Source: a virus (taxonomy: Duplodnaviria > Caudoviricetes). Taken from it: 64,000 bases of DNA. The translations under genes were made by a program, and so were the position numbers. The stretch spans positions 58,496 through 122,495 of IMG/VR virus record IMGVR_UViG_3300033067_001743; one strand, written 5' to 3'. The notes below the pieces were generated by a model that worked only from the letters and a program-made list of their open reading frames with translations, had not been told where the DNA came from and did not search any database. Positions 20,806 through 29,221 of the stretch are shown here, piece by piece (the first letter of the stretch is position 1; each line of letters begins with the position of its first letter).

Positions 20806-20911
20806 ATGAAGAAATTTACAGACATTGCTCAGTTTCGAAATGTTATTCGAGAGTTGAGAACACGCCATGATTACAAAGGCAAGACAGTGGTACTTTCAAA
20901 ATCTTGAGTAA
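20806..20911 (+). pseudogene. Internally deleted RNA-ligase-like gene remnant
   Basis: MKKFTDIAQFRNVIRELRTRHDYKGK joins an out-of-frame KARQWYFQNLE* at AAGGCAAG. Confidence 0.45.
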
Positions 20912-20913
20912 TC

Positions 20914-20982
20914 TGTCACAAAAGTATGCTATATTTGTGACAAAAATAGGGGAGACGGTTTTACCGCTTCCCCTTATTTTTT
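20914..20982. terminator. Two hairpins between convergent genes
   Basis: TGTCACAAA..TTTGTGACA and GGGGAG.CGGT..ACCGCTTCCCC followed by a T-run. Confidence 0.55.
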
Positions 20983-21192
20983 TGTGCTTGTGCTTCTGCT
21001 GCTTTCTGTAGTTCACTCTTCAAGTTAGCAAACTTTAAATAATAGTAAGATCGAAGGTTAACAGGCATTTCATATAATTCAGTAAATGTAAAATTACTTG
21101 TAAGACTGTAATCTCCTGCATTCAAATTAACGGTTAGATCAAATATTTGATCCATAACCTTTTGATCATAATCCTGAGTCAGGCCAAAAAAA
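20961..21192 (-). CDS. Small tail/baseplate chaperone ORF, probably reached by frameshift
   Basis: FFGLTQDY..QIFDL..FTFTELYEMPVNLRSYY; +1 frame relative to the upstream gene. Confidence 0.55.
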
Positions 21193-21981
21193 TGATGGCC
21201 CGATGGCAACCGAAGTACGAAAGGGTTCTCCCGTATCGGAATCCTCCAATTCAATTTCCATATTTACTCCGGGTGTAATACTGGCAACATGTTCTCTAAA
21301 CTTTCTTGAATCATTTGCCAAGAATTCATTCTCAATAAACAACTTGATGAACATTGGGTCTGAATTTCCATTTACTGCTGTTATAATCTGTTCCAACCTT
21401 GTTGTTATTTGTTTATCAGCAGCACCAACAGCACGATACTTCTTTAGTTTGTCCTGAATGGCCTTGTCATCCGCTACAGTCAATAATTTAAACTCTAAGG
21501 TGTATTTACCTACCCTATTCTCAAAAGTCCAACTAAAACGATTCTGATGCGGTTCTACTTGTTTTTCTATTACTTTATTCTCAAGGGTTGTTAAGTCAAT
21601 ATCTACTTTTTGTTTTTTACCAGATGGTGTGGTTACTTCTATTGGGTAAATCTCTCCATATCCATAAATTCGAGATGCAATCATAAGACCGTCTCTATCC
21701 CCAATTAACAAGTCATCATAGTTAAATTTTGGAGATACTATCATAGACTGTAAAAATTTATCAATCACAACTCCACTTTTAATATAAGATTCTGTTGTTA
21801 ATATATTTTCCTCTTTTGCAGTCATAAACTTCATTTCTAAAGTTCCTGATGATAGTGGATGTCCTTCTGGATAGTAAACTCCCATTGAAGGTAATTCTAT
21901 TAGGTTTGTAGGAAATATTCCTTTTTGTGGTGGTTCTGTGTGAACCTCTTGTGTTTTGTTTATTTTTACTGTTTCGCTCAT
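21166..21981 (-). CDS. Baseplate hub / tail assembly chaperone (gp26-like)
   Basis: IELPSMG..YP, MTAKEENIL, LLIGDRDGLMIASRI.GYG, C-terminal FFWP. Confidence 0.7.
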   Translation of the reverse strand: MSETVKINKTQEVHTEPPQKGIFPTNLIELPSMGVYYPEGHPLSSGTLEMKFMTAKEENILTTESYIKSGVVIDKFLQSMIVSPKFNYDDLLIGDRDGLMIASRIYGYGEIYPIEVTTPSGKKQKVDIDLTTLENKVIEKQVEPHQNRFSWTFENRVGKYTLEFKLLTVADDKAIQDKLKKYRAVGAADKQITTRLEQIITAVNGNSDPMFIKLFIENEFLANDSRKFREHVASITPGVNMEIELEDSDTGEPFRTSVAIGPSFFWPDSGL

Positions 21982-22008
21982 ATTTGTTTTTATTTATTAA
22001 AGTTTTAA

Positions 22009-22503
22009 TTATGCTTGATCAAGTCCTTGTGGTTTAAAAGTAGCATAATCGTATGATATTACCATTGTAGGTTGTACAACCTCTTCGGCTCCCCAATCCA
22101 AGTCTCCGAAATTTATATTATTTGCAAATGCTCCTATTAATGTCCATGTTGCTATTGGAATATCACTTGGACTTAGTAATTGTATTTGTATGTCTTTTTT
22201 ATAATCATCTCCATACTTATCTTCGCCTTTAACTATGTCTTGATGGAGTACATTCATGTAATCCCACAATTGTTCCATAGTCATCTTTTCATATGCGTAC
22301 ATTGATAAAGTTACATCATTCCACTTTGTCTTTCCCTTAACCTTTATCTGTGTGTTTCCGTACTCAAAGGTTATAGGAGCATTATCAATTGTTGGAAGAT
22401 TTATAGCCTTACCATAAAATGTAACATCCTGTAAAGAACTAAATTGTATTTTAAATCTAAATGATAGTATTGGATCATATGCCTCTGGTGATAACCTTGC
22501 CAT
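22009..22503 (-). CDS. Tail tube protein paralog (gp19-like)
   Basis: KVKGKTKWND, YKKD, W.LIGAF, FGDLDW, SYDYA. Confidence 0.8.
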   Translation of the reverse strand: MARLSPEAYDPILSFRFKIQFSSLQDVTFYGKAINLPTIDNAPITFEYGNTQIKVKGKTKWNDVTLSMYAYEKMTMEQLWDYMNVLHQDIVKGEDKYGDDYKKDIQIQLLSPSDIPIATWTLIGAFANNINFGDLDWGAEEVVQPTMVISYDYATFKPQGLDQA

Positions 22504-22517
22504 GTAATTTTCCCTGT

Positions 22518-23000
22518 TTAAAATGGTAGTAAATCAAATTCTGCATAATCATAACTTAATGTTAAGTTTACTTCTACAATACCCTCTTCTCCCCATCCCA
22601 TATCTCCAAATGAAACACTATTGTAAAATGCACCTCTTAATTTCCATGTTCCTATTGGTAAACCCATTGGATTTAAAGATACTATTTGTAAATTATGCTT
22701 GTACGACCTTGCTCTAAAATCTGTTGCTGTTTTTGTTATTTGATGTTGTTGTAAATATGCATAAAACATAGGAACTGTTATCCCCTCAAATTGATAACAG
22801 GTCATACTTATATCGTTCCAGTTTGTCTTCCCCTTAACCTTTATATTTGAGTTTCCATATTCTAACTTTATAGGATTGTTCTCAAAGGTTGGCTGTTGGG
22901 CTGATTTAGCAAATAACGCTGCACCCGGCAATCGACTGGTTAATATCGTATACCGGAACTGTAACTGTGGATGAAGTATTTCTGGTCTTGCTAATCTCAT
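22518..23000 (-). CDS. Tail tube protein paralog (gp19-like)
   Basis: Same motifs as its neighbours; start corrected to ATG 23000 (MRLARPE). Confidence 0.8.
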   Translation of the reverse strand: MRLARPEILHPQLQFRYTILTSRLPGAALFAKSAQQPTFENNPIKLEYGNSNIKVKGKTNWNDISMTCYQFEGITVPMFYAYLQQHQITKTATDFRARSYKHNLQIVSLNPMGLPIGTWKLRGAFYNSVSFGDMGWGEEGIVEVNLTLSYDYAEFDLLPF

Positions 23001-23006
23001 ATTCAA

Positions 23007-23014
23007 TATAAATA
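23007..23014 (-). promoter_or_regulatory. Late promoter-like motif TATTTATA, only 6 nt before the ATG
   Basis: GATATTTATATTGAAT-ATG. Confidence 0.55.
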
Positions 23015-23059
23015 TCAAACCTTTGATAATTTTATCAATTGTTAATAATTTGCAAACGA

Positions 23060-23091
23060 TTTGGTAGTTCAAAAACCTTCCAGTATCTTTG
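23060..23091 (+). promoter_or_regulatory. Bacteroidota-type promoter of a plus-strand insert
   Basis: TTTG at 23060 and TATCTTTG at 23084. Confidence 0.65.
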
Positions 23092-23113
23092 TACTATCAA
23101 AAAAGGAAACACA

Positions 23114-23296
23114 ATGAAATATTTGAAAATTTACACTAATCAACCTGAACTGATTCCTGATTACCTAAAAGAGGCTTTAACATATGTTGGGCTTTTAATG
23201 GTTGATCTTGATCCCTTTGATGTTTTGGTTCAAATGATCCCATTTGAAAAGATGGAAGTCATTGAAAACGGAATTATAATTGAAACATTTTACTAA
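23114..23296 (+). CDS. Small hypothetical protein
   Basis: ATG at 23114 downstream of the promoter. Confidence 0.55.
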   Translation: MKYLKIYTNQPELIPDYLKEALTYVGLLMVDLDPFDVLVQMIPFEKMEVIENGIIIETFY

Positions 23297-23314
23297 ACCT
23301 TTAAATCTTTACAC

Positions 23315-23620
23315 ATGGATTTTATCTTTGATCTTTTGGGAATTCTTTTAAAATTTTTGTTTGGAACTACATTTGGTTGGTTGTGTACTTTGATCGGTGC
23401 AACTTGGATCATTACCACTTACCGAAAAAAGACAGGAGAGGTTGATTCCAGATTTGTTGAAACCAACCAAACTCGAAACGAACTTCGAAAAAGAAACAAG
23501 GCAGCAATGGAAAACCTTGACGGTCCACCTGTTAGTTCGAAAAATGTTCGAGGTGGTTATTACAATGAGTCCGAAAATACGATTGTAAACGGACAAATAG
23601 TTAAACCTCCTAAAAAATAA
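23315..23620 (+). CDS. Small membrane protein
   Basis: Hydrophobic N-terminal segment and charged tail. Confidence 0.6.
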   Translation: MDFIFDLLGILLKFLFGTTFGWLCTLIGATWIITTYRKKTGEVDSRFVETNQTRNELRKRNKAAMENLDGPPVSSKNVRGGYYNESENTIVNGQIVKPPKK

Positions 23621-23659
23621 GTTTGTGAAACCGCCAATTGATTAGTCACTCAAAAACAA

Positions 23660-23700
23660 AAAGGGTTGCCCGCAATTAAGCAGGCAGCCCTTCTTTCTTT
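23660..23700. terminator. Bidirectional intrinsic terminator
   Basis: AAGGGTTGCC..GGCAGCCCTT flanked by A- and T-runs, between convergent genes. Confidence 0.7.
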
Positions 23701-23712
23701 TATACCTTATGC

Positions 23713-24099
23713 TTACTCAGCAGGAGGAGTGTTAACTGAATTGTTCACATCAATAACTGCGGCTGTTAAGTCTAAGTTAGCGTCTGCGAATGCCTCAAGT
23801 GCGGCCTCTACATTTGCATCTGGGTGTGTTATAACCTTCTTCAAATTAGCACGGTATGTTGCTTCCTGTTCTTCTGTTAAAGAACCTACAAACGTACCAG
23901 CACCTTGTGTGATGCCTGCAATACCTGCAACATAGTCATCTAAGTTTGCATCAGGATCAACACCTTCAATTTTGTAAAGTGCATCCATAGCAGTTGCACC
24001 TGCAATAAAAGCCTTCTCTACAAGAACTTCAAGTTCGTCGTTTGTGAAATCTAATCCAGCAACAAGTTCGTCTATTACTGTTGATAATCTGTTTGACAT
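23713..24099 (-). CDS. Acidic hypothetical protein
   Basis: 128 aa; GGAG SD. Confidence 0.65.
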   Translation of the reverse strand: MSNRLSTVIDELVAGLDFTNDELEVLVEKAFIAGATAMDALYKIEGVDPDANLDDYVAGIAGITQGAGTFVGSLTEEQEATYRANLKKVITHPDANVEAALEAFADANLDLTAAVIDVNNSVNTPPAE

Positions 24100-24134
24100 T
24101 TGGAAATCTCCGTTTTTAAAAAAGTTTGTTTTAC

Positions 24135-24377
24135 TTATTTTAAGTTTTTCATGTCAAGTGATGTTCTTGATCCTTGTAATGCAAGTAATGCAGTTCCAAG
24201 CCATTTTAAAACATCAGAAACACCTTGTGGAATTGTGATAACTCCAAGTAATGTGCCTTGATCTGCAAAGTAAATAATTGTACCTAAAATCAATACAATT
24301 AAGGTTGCTACTTTTGCATTTTTGGCTTTAAACTTATCCCATAATTGAACAAGTAATGCAGTTAAAAAATCATTCAT
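24135..24377 (-). CDS. Small two-TM protein (holin-like)
   Basis: Two hydrophobic segments; AGGAG SD before ATG 24377. Confidence 0.45.
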   Translation of the reverse strand: MNDFLTALLVQLWDKFKAKNAKVATLIVLILGTIIYFADQGTLLGVITIPQGVSDVLKWLGTALLALQGSRTSLDMKNLK

Positions 24378-24402
24378 TTTTATTTCTCCTATATATTTTT
24401 TG

Positions 24403-24879
24403 TTAAGAATACTCAGCGTGATCATAAGCGATTGTTAAATCTACTTGGATCACGTCATCTGTACCGTAATCCATTTCACCCCACTTCACCCCACTATAGA
24501 AGGCTCCTATGAGTTTCCAAGTTCCAACTGGTGTTGAACCATCTGGTGCAAGGATTTGAATCTGTAAATCGTGTTTATACGATGTTGCGTACTGGTCTTC
24601 TGCTCCGGGAACGGCTTGGTGTTGTTGTAAGTAATCCCAAAATTGTAAGGCTGTTATACCTTCAAATTGGTAACAACTCATGGTCAAATCGTCCCAACGT
24701 GTTTTTCCCTTAACCTTGAAATAATAGTTGATATGCTCAACTGAAACAGGGGCATTTTCAAAGCCGGGTTGTTGTGAACTACGTGCATAAAACTGTGCGC
24801 CGGGTAATTTTGATGTCAAAACCTTATATCTAAACTGTAGACTTGGTTTGTAGGCATCTGGTGTTACTACTCTTGGCAT
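24403..24879 (-). CDS. Major tail tube protein (gp19-like)
   Basis: Directly after the sheath; KVKGKTRWDD, W.LIGAF, AYDHA. Confidence 0.85.
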   Translation of the reverse strand: MPRVVTPDAYKPSLQFRYKVLTSKLPGAQFYARSSQQPGFENAPVSVEHINYYFKVKGKTRWDDLTMSCYQFEGITALQFWDYLQQHQAVPGAEDQYATSYKHDLQIQILAPDGSTPVGTWKLIGAFYSGVKWGEMDYGTDDVIQVDLTIAYDHAEYS

Positions 24880-24947
24880 TTTATATTTCCTCTATTTTTC
24901 AGTCAACTTAATGACTTTACATATAACTATTATCTGGTTAAAATTTT

Positions 24948-26792
24948 TTATTCCTTCGCATCAACTGGGAATACTGCACCTGTTGGCAATACTACAAAGT
25001 CTACTATGATAAATTCGGCTGTTTTAGCAGGTTTCAAGTAGATTTGTGCTCTCATTTCATTTCTGTCAACAACGTCTGGGGTGTTATTTCTTTCGTCGAT
25101 TATAATTCTATAATCGTATAAACCTTGTTGGTTTTGAACATTCCTGAAATATGGCTCCACTAACTCAATGAATTTCGCACGAGTTTCGACTGTGTTGTTC
25201 TCAAACACTAAATACTTAACTGTGTATGATACGAACCTTTTTGCGTCAATCAAAAGCCTTCTAACGTTAATACGGTCAAGTGCTGAACGTTTCTTCTGCA
25301 AGGTTTTTTGTCCCCATACTGTAATACCCTGACGAGGGAATGTAGCAATAGGATTTATAGACTTAATGTATAGATTATCTCTATCATTTTGAGTCATTAA
25401 CCTTTCAGTTTGTATAACTGTATCCAATCCACCTCTATTCAAACCTGCTGGGGCAAACCAAGGATGTGCTACCAAGTCATTGAAAGAGTAAACTGCTGAA
25501 ACAACTGCTGATGGTGGAACCCACACATTCCTTCCCAAATCTGGGTCTGGAATTTGACACCAAGGATAGTACATAGCAGCATAATTTGTATTACGTGCTT
25601 CTGCTGTCTGTTGTGCTTGTCCTACTGTAGAACCTTTATACGTTGGATCAATGATGTACATAATATCACCACGATCTTCACACATATTAATACCACGAGT
25701 TATTATCGCTCCATGACCTGTTGCATTATCCAACAATCCCGGTGTAAACAACAAATTGATGTCGTATTGGTCTTTGTTACTCAAAATGTCAATAGCGTCT
25801 TGGTAAGCAGTTTGTCCCCATCCACCTGATGCCGGATTAAATCCTTGTGTATTTACATCTTTAATGTTTTCATACATTGCTCTTGGGTGAAGTACATTAC
25901 CCTCACTACCACCTGCAAAAGTTCCTGATGCAGCCTGTGGAAGTGATCCTGATAATGATCCTGCCCTTATCTGTCCTGCTGCATTCAAATATGCTAATGT
26001 GTTTTGCACACCTTCTACACGAATAAACCTTGATCTATTTGGAAATGATCCTGATCGTTCTAAATATGGAGCACCCGATGAATCGTATCTTAACGTATTT
26101 GTTTGGTCTCCAATTACACGAGAAATGTAATTAGTTGTATCTGGATCAAGACTCAATTGTGAGTATTGTTCTAATACTATTTTTCTATTTGGAAGATCAT
26201 CACCCCTACGAATATAAAGATCAAATACACCTCTATTTTGGTCAACGTTTGCTATCTCCCAACGAATGTTGTAGGCAGAACCTGACAACAACAATCCATT
26301 TACTCCATCTTCATCAGAAGTTAATCCAGAGCCTGATACAGATGCTGATAATTGACCACTGTTTAGGGCTTCACCTTCACTAAGTCCTACAATCTTAAAT
26401 GACATGTTATTAGCACCATATGACGCTGTTCCAGTAGATGCAGATACAGCATAAGAACCTGATGACCATACATAAGAATATGCTGGTTGATAGTTTCCAT
26501 TAAGTATCCTAACTACTGTCATAACTTCACCATGACGCAAATACTCTTGTACACAGTGAGTTGTTAAATATTTATACATTCTCTGACTTGCACCAGAACC
26601 TGAAACAAATATATCTCCAAACCATCTTATGTATTCGCTATATGTACTAATAGGAGTAGGTGAAAAGGCTGGACCTCTAACAGTTGGTCCGATTACGGCT
26701 GCACCAACTGCTGGAATTTGCTGTGGTAAAAAACTTAAATCAAATTCCCTTGTAAAAACTCCCGCCGAAAGAAAGACATTATTACTTGCCAT
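24948..26792 (-). CDS. Tail sheath protein (gp18-like)
   Basis: SAGVFTREFDLS, WFAPAGLNRG, VWGQKTL, RINVRRLL, NNTPDVVDRNE. Confidence 0.95.
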   Translation of the reverse strand: MASNNVFLSAGVFTREFDLSFLPQQIPAVGAAVIGPTVRGPAFSPTPISTYSEYIRWFGDIFVSGSGASQRMYKYLTTHCVQEYLRHGEVMTVVRILNGNYQPAYSYVWSSGSYAVSASTGTASYGANNMSFKIVGLSEGEALNSGQLSASVSGSGLTSDEDGVNGLLLSGSAYNIRWEIANVDQNRGVFDLYIRRGDDLPNRKIVLEQYSQLSLDPDTTNYISRVIGDQTNTLRYDSSGAPYLERSGSFPNRSRFIRVEGVQNTLAYLNAAGQIRAGSLSGSLPQAASGTFAGGSEGNVLHPRAMYENIKDVNTQGFNPASGGWGQTAYQDAIDILSNKDQYDINLLFTPGLLDNATGHGAIITRGINMCEDRGDIMYIIDPTYKGSTVGQAQQTAEARNTNYAAMYYPWCQIPDPDLGRNVWVPPSAVVSAVYSFNDLVAHPWFAPAGLNRGGLDTVIQTERLMTQNDRDNLYIKSINPIATFPRQGITVWGQKTLQKKRSALDRINVRRLLIDAKRFVSYTVKYLVFENNTVETRAKFIELVEPYFRNVQNQQGLYDYRIIIDERNNTPDVVDRNEMRAQIYLKPAKTAEFIIVDFVVLPTGAVFPVDAKE

Positions 26793-26844
26793 TCATATTC
26801 CTCATTATTTTAATTTGTAAGACTTGAAAATCCTACTGTTCATC

Positions 26845-26852
26845 TATAAATA
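26845..26852 (-). promoter_or_regulatory. Late promoter-like motif TATTTATA
   Basis: Intergenic, upstream of the sheath gene. Confidence 0.55.
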
Positions 26853-26874
26853 TTGTCAAAAAAATCGAAACCAA

Positions 26875-27156
26875 TTACAACAATCCCTTCTTTCCAGATA
26901 GATTAATTGTCCTTATAGACTCTTGTATATTTAATGATGATCTCTGTAAAAATTTTTCTATTGGCTCAAACTTTTTATATCCAACATATACAAATCCTTC
27001 TTTAATTGTTAAAGCAGCATTTGGATATTTTCTGGCTATAATTCCACTAATATTTGTGAACCTTTTCTTTTGTTCTTCTGTCATTACAAAAGGTTCACTC
27101 TTAACAACAGGCTTCATTTTTCCAAATAGCCTTTCATAATTTTTCTTCAAATCCAT
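26875..27156 (-). CDS. Hypothetical protein
   Basis: 93 aa; AGGA SD. Confidence 0.6.
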   Translation of the reverse strand: MDLKKNYERLFGKMKPVVKSEPFVMTEEQKKRFTNISGIIARKYPNAALTIKEGFVYVGYKKFEPIEKFLQRSSLNIQESIRTINLSGKKGLL

Positions 27157-27171
27157 TTTTTATCCTTATTT

Positions 27172-28341
27172 TCAACGAACATATATTTTTAATGGTACAT
27201 AACTTAATTGTTTACTCATTGCATCTGCAATTGCACTTTTTCTTTCTAATTGTGCTTGCATAGATGTTGAATCTAATGTTTCTTTTAATTCTGTTAATAA
27301 TGCTTCTTTTTCTGTTGCAGCAGCACTTAATAAATCTGATCCATTTAATGTAACCTCACCATCTGGAATTGGCATTGATGAGTATTTTGATCTAATATAT
27401 CCCAACATTTCTTTACAGATTGCAAGGGTATATTTTCGTATCCACTGTTTACCAATTTCATTAATATATCTATATGTTATATTTTGATATGGTATATTAG
27501 ATATGTCACTTATTTTACCTGAACCACCATCTCCGTTTAAATCAAAATTAGTACCTTCTGCATCAAGTGAATAATGGAACCATAAATTAAATGATGTACT
27601 TGGTATTGGGAATATTCTAAGTCTATTTCCAGTCAATTGAAAACTATATCCACTTTTCCTTATTTCATCATTAAATTCTATTTGCTGCATTCTCAATACA
27701 TCATAGTATATTGGCATGAGCATATATGTTCCGGGTAAAGTGTAATTATTCCACCCAAATTCATTTGTTACTGCATCTGCAATTGTTCCTGCGGCTGGAT
27801 CATTATATCGTACTGATGCAGGTTTTAATTTATGAAATATTTTTCTAATGGTAAATTGATCTGTAGCAAATGATCCTGTTTCAATTGTTGTATCATTTAT
27901 TAAATTGTATACTTGTTTTCCCTGAACAACAGAAACCGATCCTGTGTAGTACGTTTGTGTTCCACCAGCACCAACCTCTGACCCATATGCTTTTGCTAAC
28001 CTGAATATACCTCTTAGTGTCTGTGGGATGTATTTTCCAGACAGATTTGAACTTCCTGTTGGAAATCCTTGTAAATTAATTAAATTATCCCTTGCTTGGT
28101 AGAAATTAACTAAGGCTCCATATTCATTTGTCGCTTCTTCAAATGCAGCATAAAAATTAATTTCATTTAATTCTACATCTGCTATTGGAAAACCTAATCG
28201 AAGAGCAGCCCACTTTGCAGTAGATTCAGCGTCATCTTGGAAATCTGGATCATTATCATAAAAACCAAAGGGAGTATATGTTAATGGAAAGAAAGAACCT
28301 GATCCGGGCCAAATGTCTATGTTTGGGTCTGTTTGAGACAT
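27172..28341 (-). CDS. Neck / head-tail adaptor (gp13-like)
   Basis: LGFPIADVEL, WIRKYTLAICKEMLG.IRSKY..MPIPDGEVTLNG. Confidence 0.75.
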   Translation of the reverse strand: MSQTDPNIDIWPGSGSFFPLTYTPFGFYDNDPDFQDDAESTAKWAALRLGFPIADVELNEINFYAAFEEATNEYGALVNFYQARDNLINLQGFPTGSSNLSGKYIPQTLRGIFRLAKAYGSEVGAGGTQTYYTGSVSVVQGKQVYNLINDTTIETGSFATDQFTIRKIFHKLKPASVRYNDPAAGTIADAVTNEFGWNNYTLPGTYMLMPIYYDVLRMQQIEFNDEIRKSGYSFQLTGNRLRIFPIPSTSFNLWFHYSLDAEGTNFDLNGDGGSGKISDISNIPYQNITYRYINEIGKQWIRKYTLAICKEMLGYIRSKYSSMPIPDGEVTLNGSDLLSAAATEKEALLTELKETLDSTSMQAQLERKSAIADAMSKQLSYVPLKIYVR

Positions 28342-28613
28342 TAAACTTTTCCTACTACCCTATAAAGATACTGTGCTATTTTGTTAGCATCATCCCTTGA
28401 AAAAGAAATTTTTGTATTTGCCTTTTTGTCTTCTAATATAACCAAAGTACTACCAACATCAACCCATATATTTCCGAACCTTCTGGCTGTATTTGATACT
28501 GGCTTTTTTGGCTTAAAAGCATCAGGTTTCTCCATTGGAGGTTCTTCATTTAAAACAGACTCTACTAATTTCCTAACCCTCAATCGAAGTTTAGTTTCTA
28601 ATTCTTTATTCAT
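28341..28613 (-). CDS. Small protein with an LRxxVRKLVE leader
   Basis: 90 aa; translationally coupled. Confidence 0.6.
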   Translation of the reverse strand: MNKELETKLRLRVRKLVESVLNEEPPMEKPDAFKPKKPVSNTARRFGNIWVDVGSTLVILEDKKANTKISFSRDDANKIAQYLYRVVGKV

Positions 28614-28943
28614 TTAACAGTCCTCTCCTTCTGGAAATAGTACTTTTAATTTTTGATATGCTTGTTCGTATATATTTGTCCAATTAGACAAATCATATTC
28701 GAATTCTATTTGAAACCAGTGTTGAACTTGTGCTCTATTTTCCCTTGCACCTTCATCAGGCCATACATAAATTAATGCTGTTGATTCTAATTTTTTAATC
28801 CACTTTAATTTTTGACTTCCATCTAGTAGATTTTCAAAAAATTCGTAGTCTGCACTCACACTATTTACATTCTGAACCTTTAGGTATGCTTCCTCTAAAA
28901 GGGTATCATCTGGTAATTGAAAATTTTTTACTTTTAATGCCAT
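28614..28943 (-). CDS. Hypothetical virion-associated protein
   Basis: MALK..AYLKV..NIYEQAYQKLK. Confidence 0.6.
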   Translation of the reverse strand: MALKVKNFQLPDDTLLEEAYLKVQNVNSVSADYEFFENLLDGSQKLKWIKKLESTALIYVWPDEGARENRAQVQHWFQIEFEYDLSNWTNIYEQAYQKLKVLFPEGEDC

Positions 28944-28944
28944 T

Positions 28945-29184
28945 TTATGCTTTTGATTTTTTGATTTTTGGTTTAGGTTCTACTATTTCTGGTTGAATTT
29001 CAGGTGTTTCTATTACTGTTACAACTGGTATTTCAACTGGTACTTCTTCTATAACAGGTTCTGGTTCAACTATAGGTGTTTTAACTTCTAAAGGTTTAAC
29101 TGTTGCCTTAACTTTAGGTTCTACAATTTCTACTTTTTTTGATAACAGGTTCTGCCATGCAGCCCACTTACTATTTTGATTCAT
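28945..29184 (-). CDS. Pro/Glu/Val-rich low-complexity protein
   Basis: AGGAG SD; late motif at 29201-29208. Confidence 0.55.
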   Translation of the reverse strand: MNQNSKWAAWQNLLSKKVEIVEPKVKATVKPLEVKTPIVEPEPVIEEVPVEIPVVTVIETPEIQPEIVEPKPKIKKSKA

Positions 29185-29221
29185 TTTGATCTCCTTTTAA
29201 TATAAATATCTTTTTCTATTC

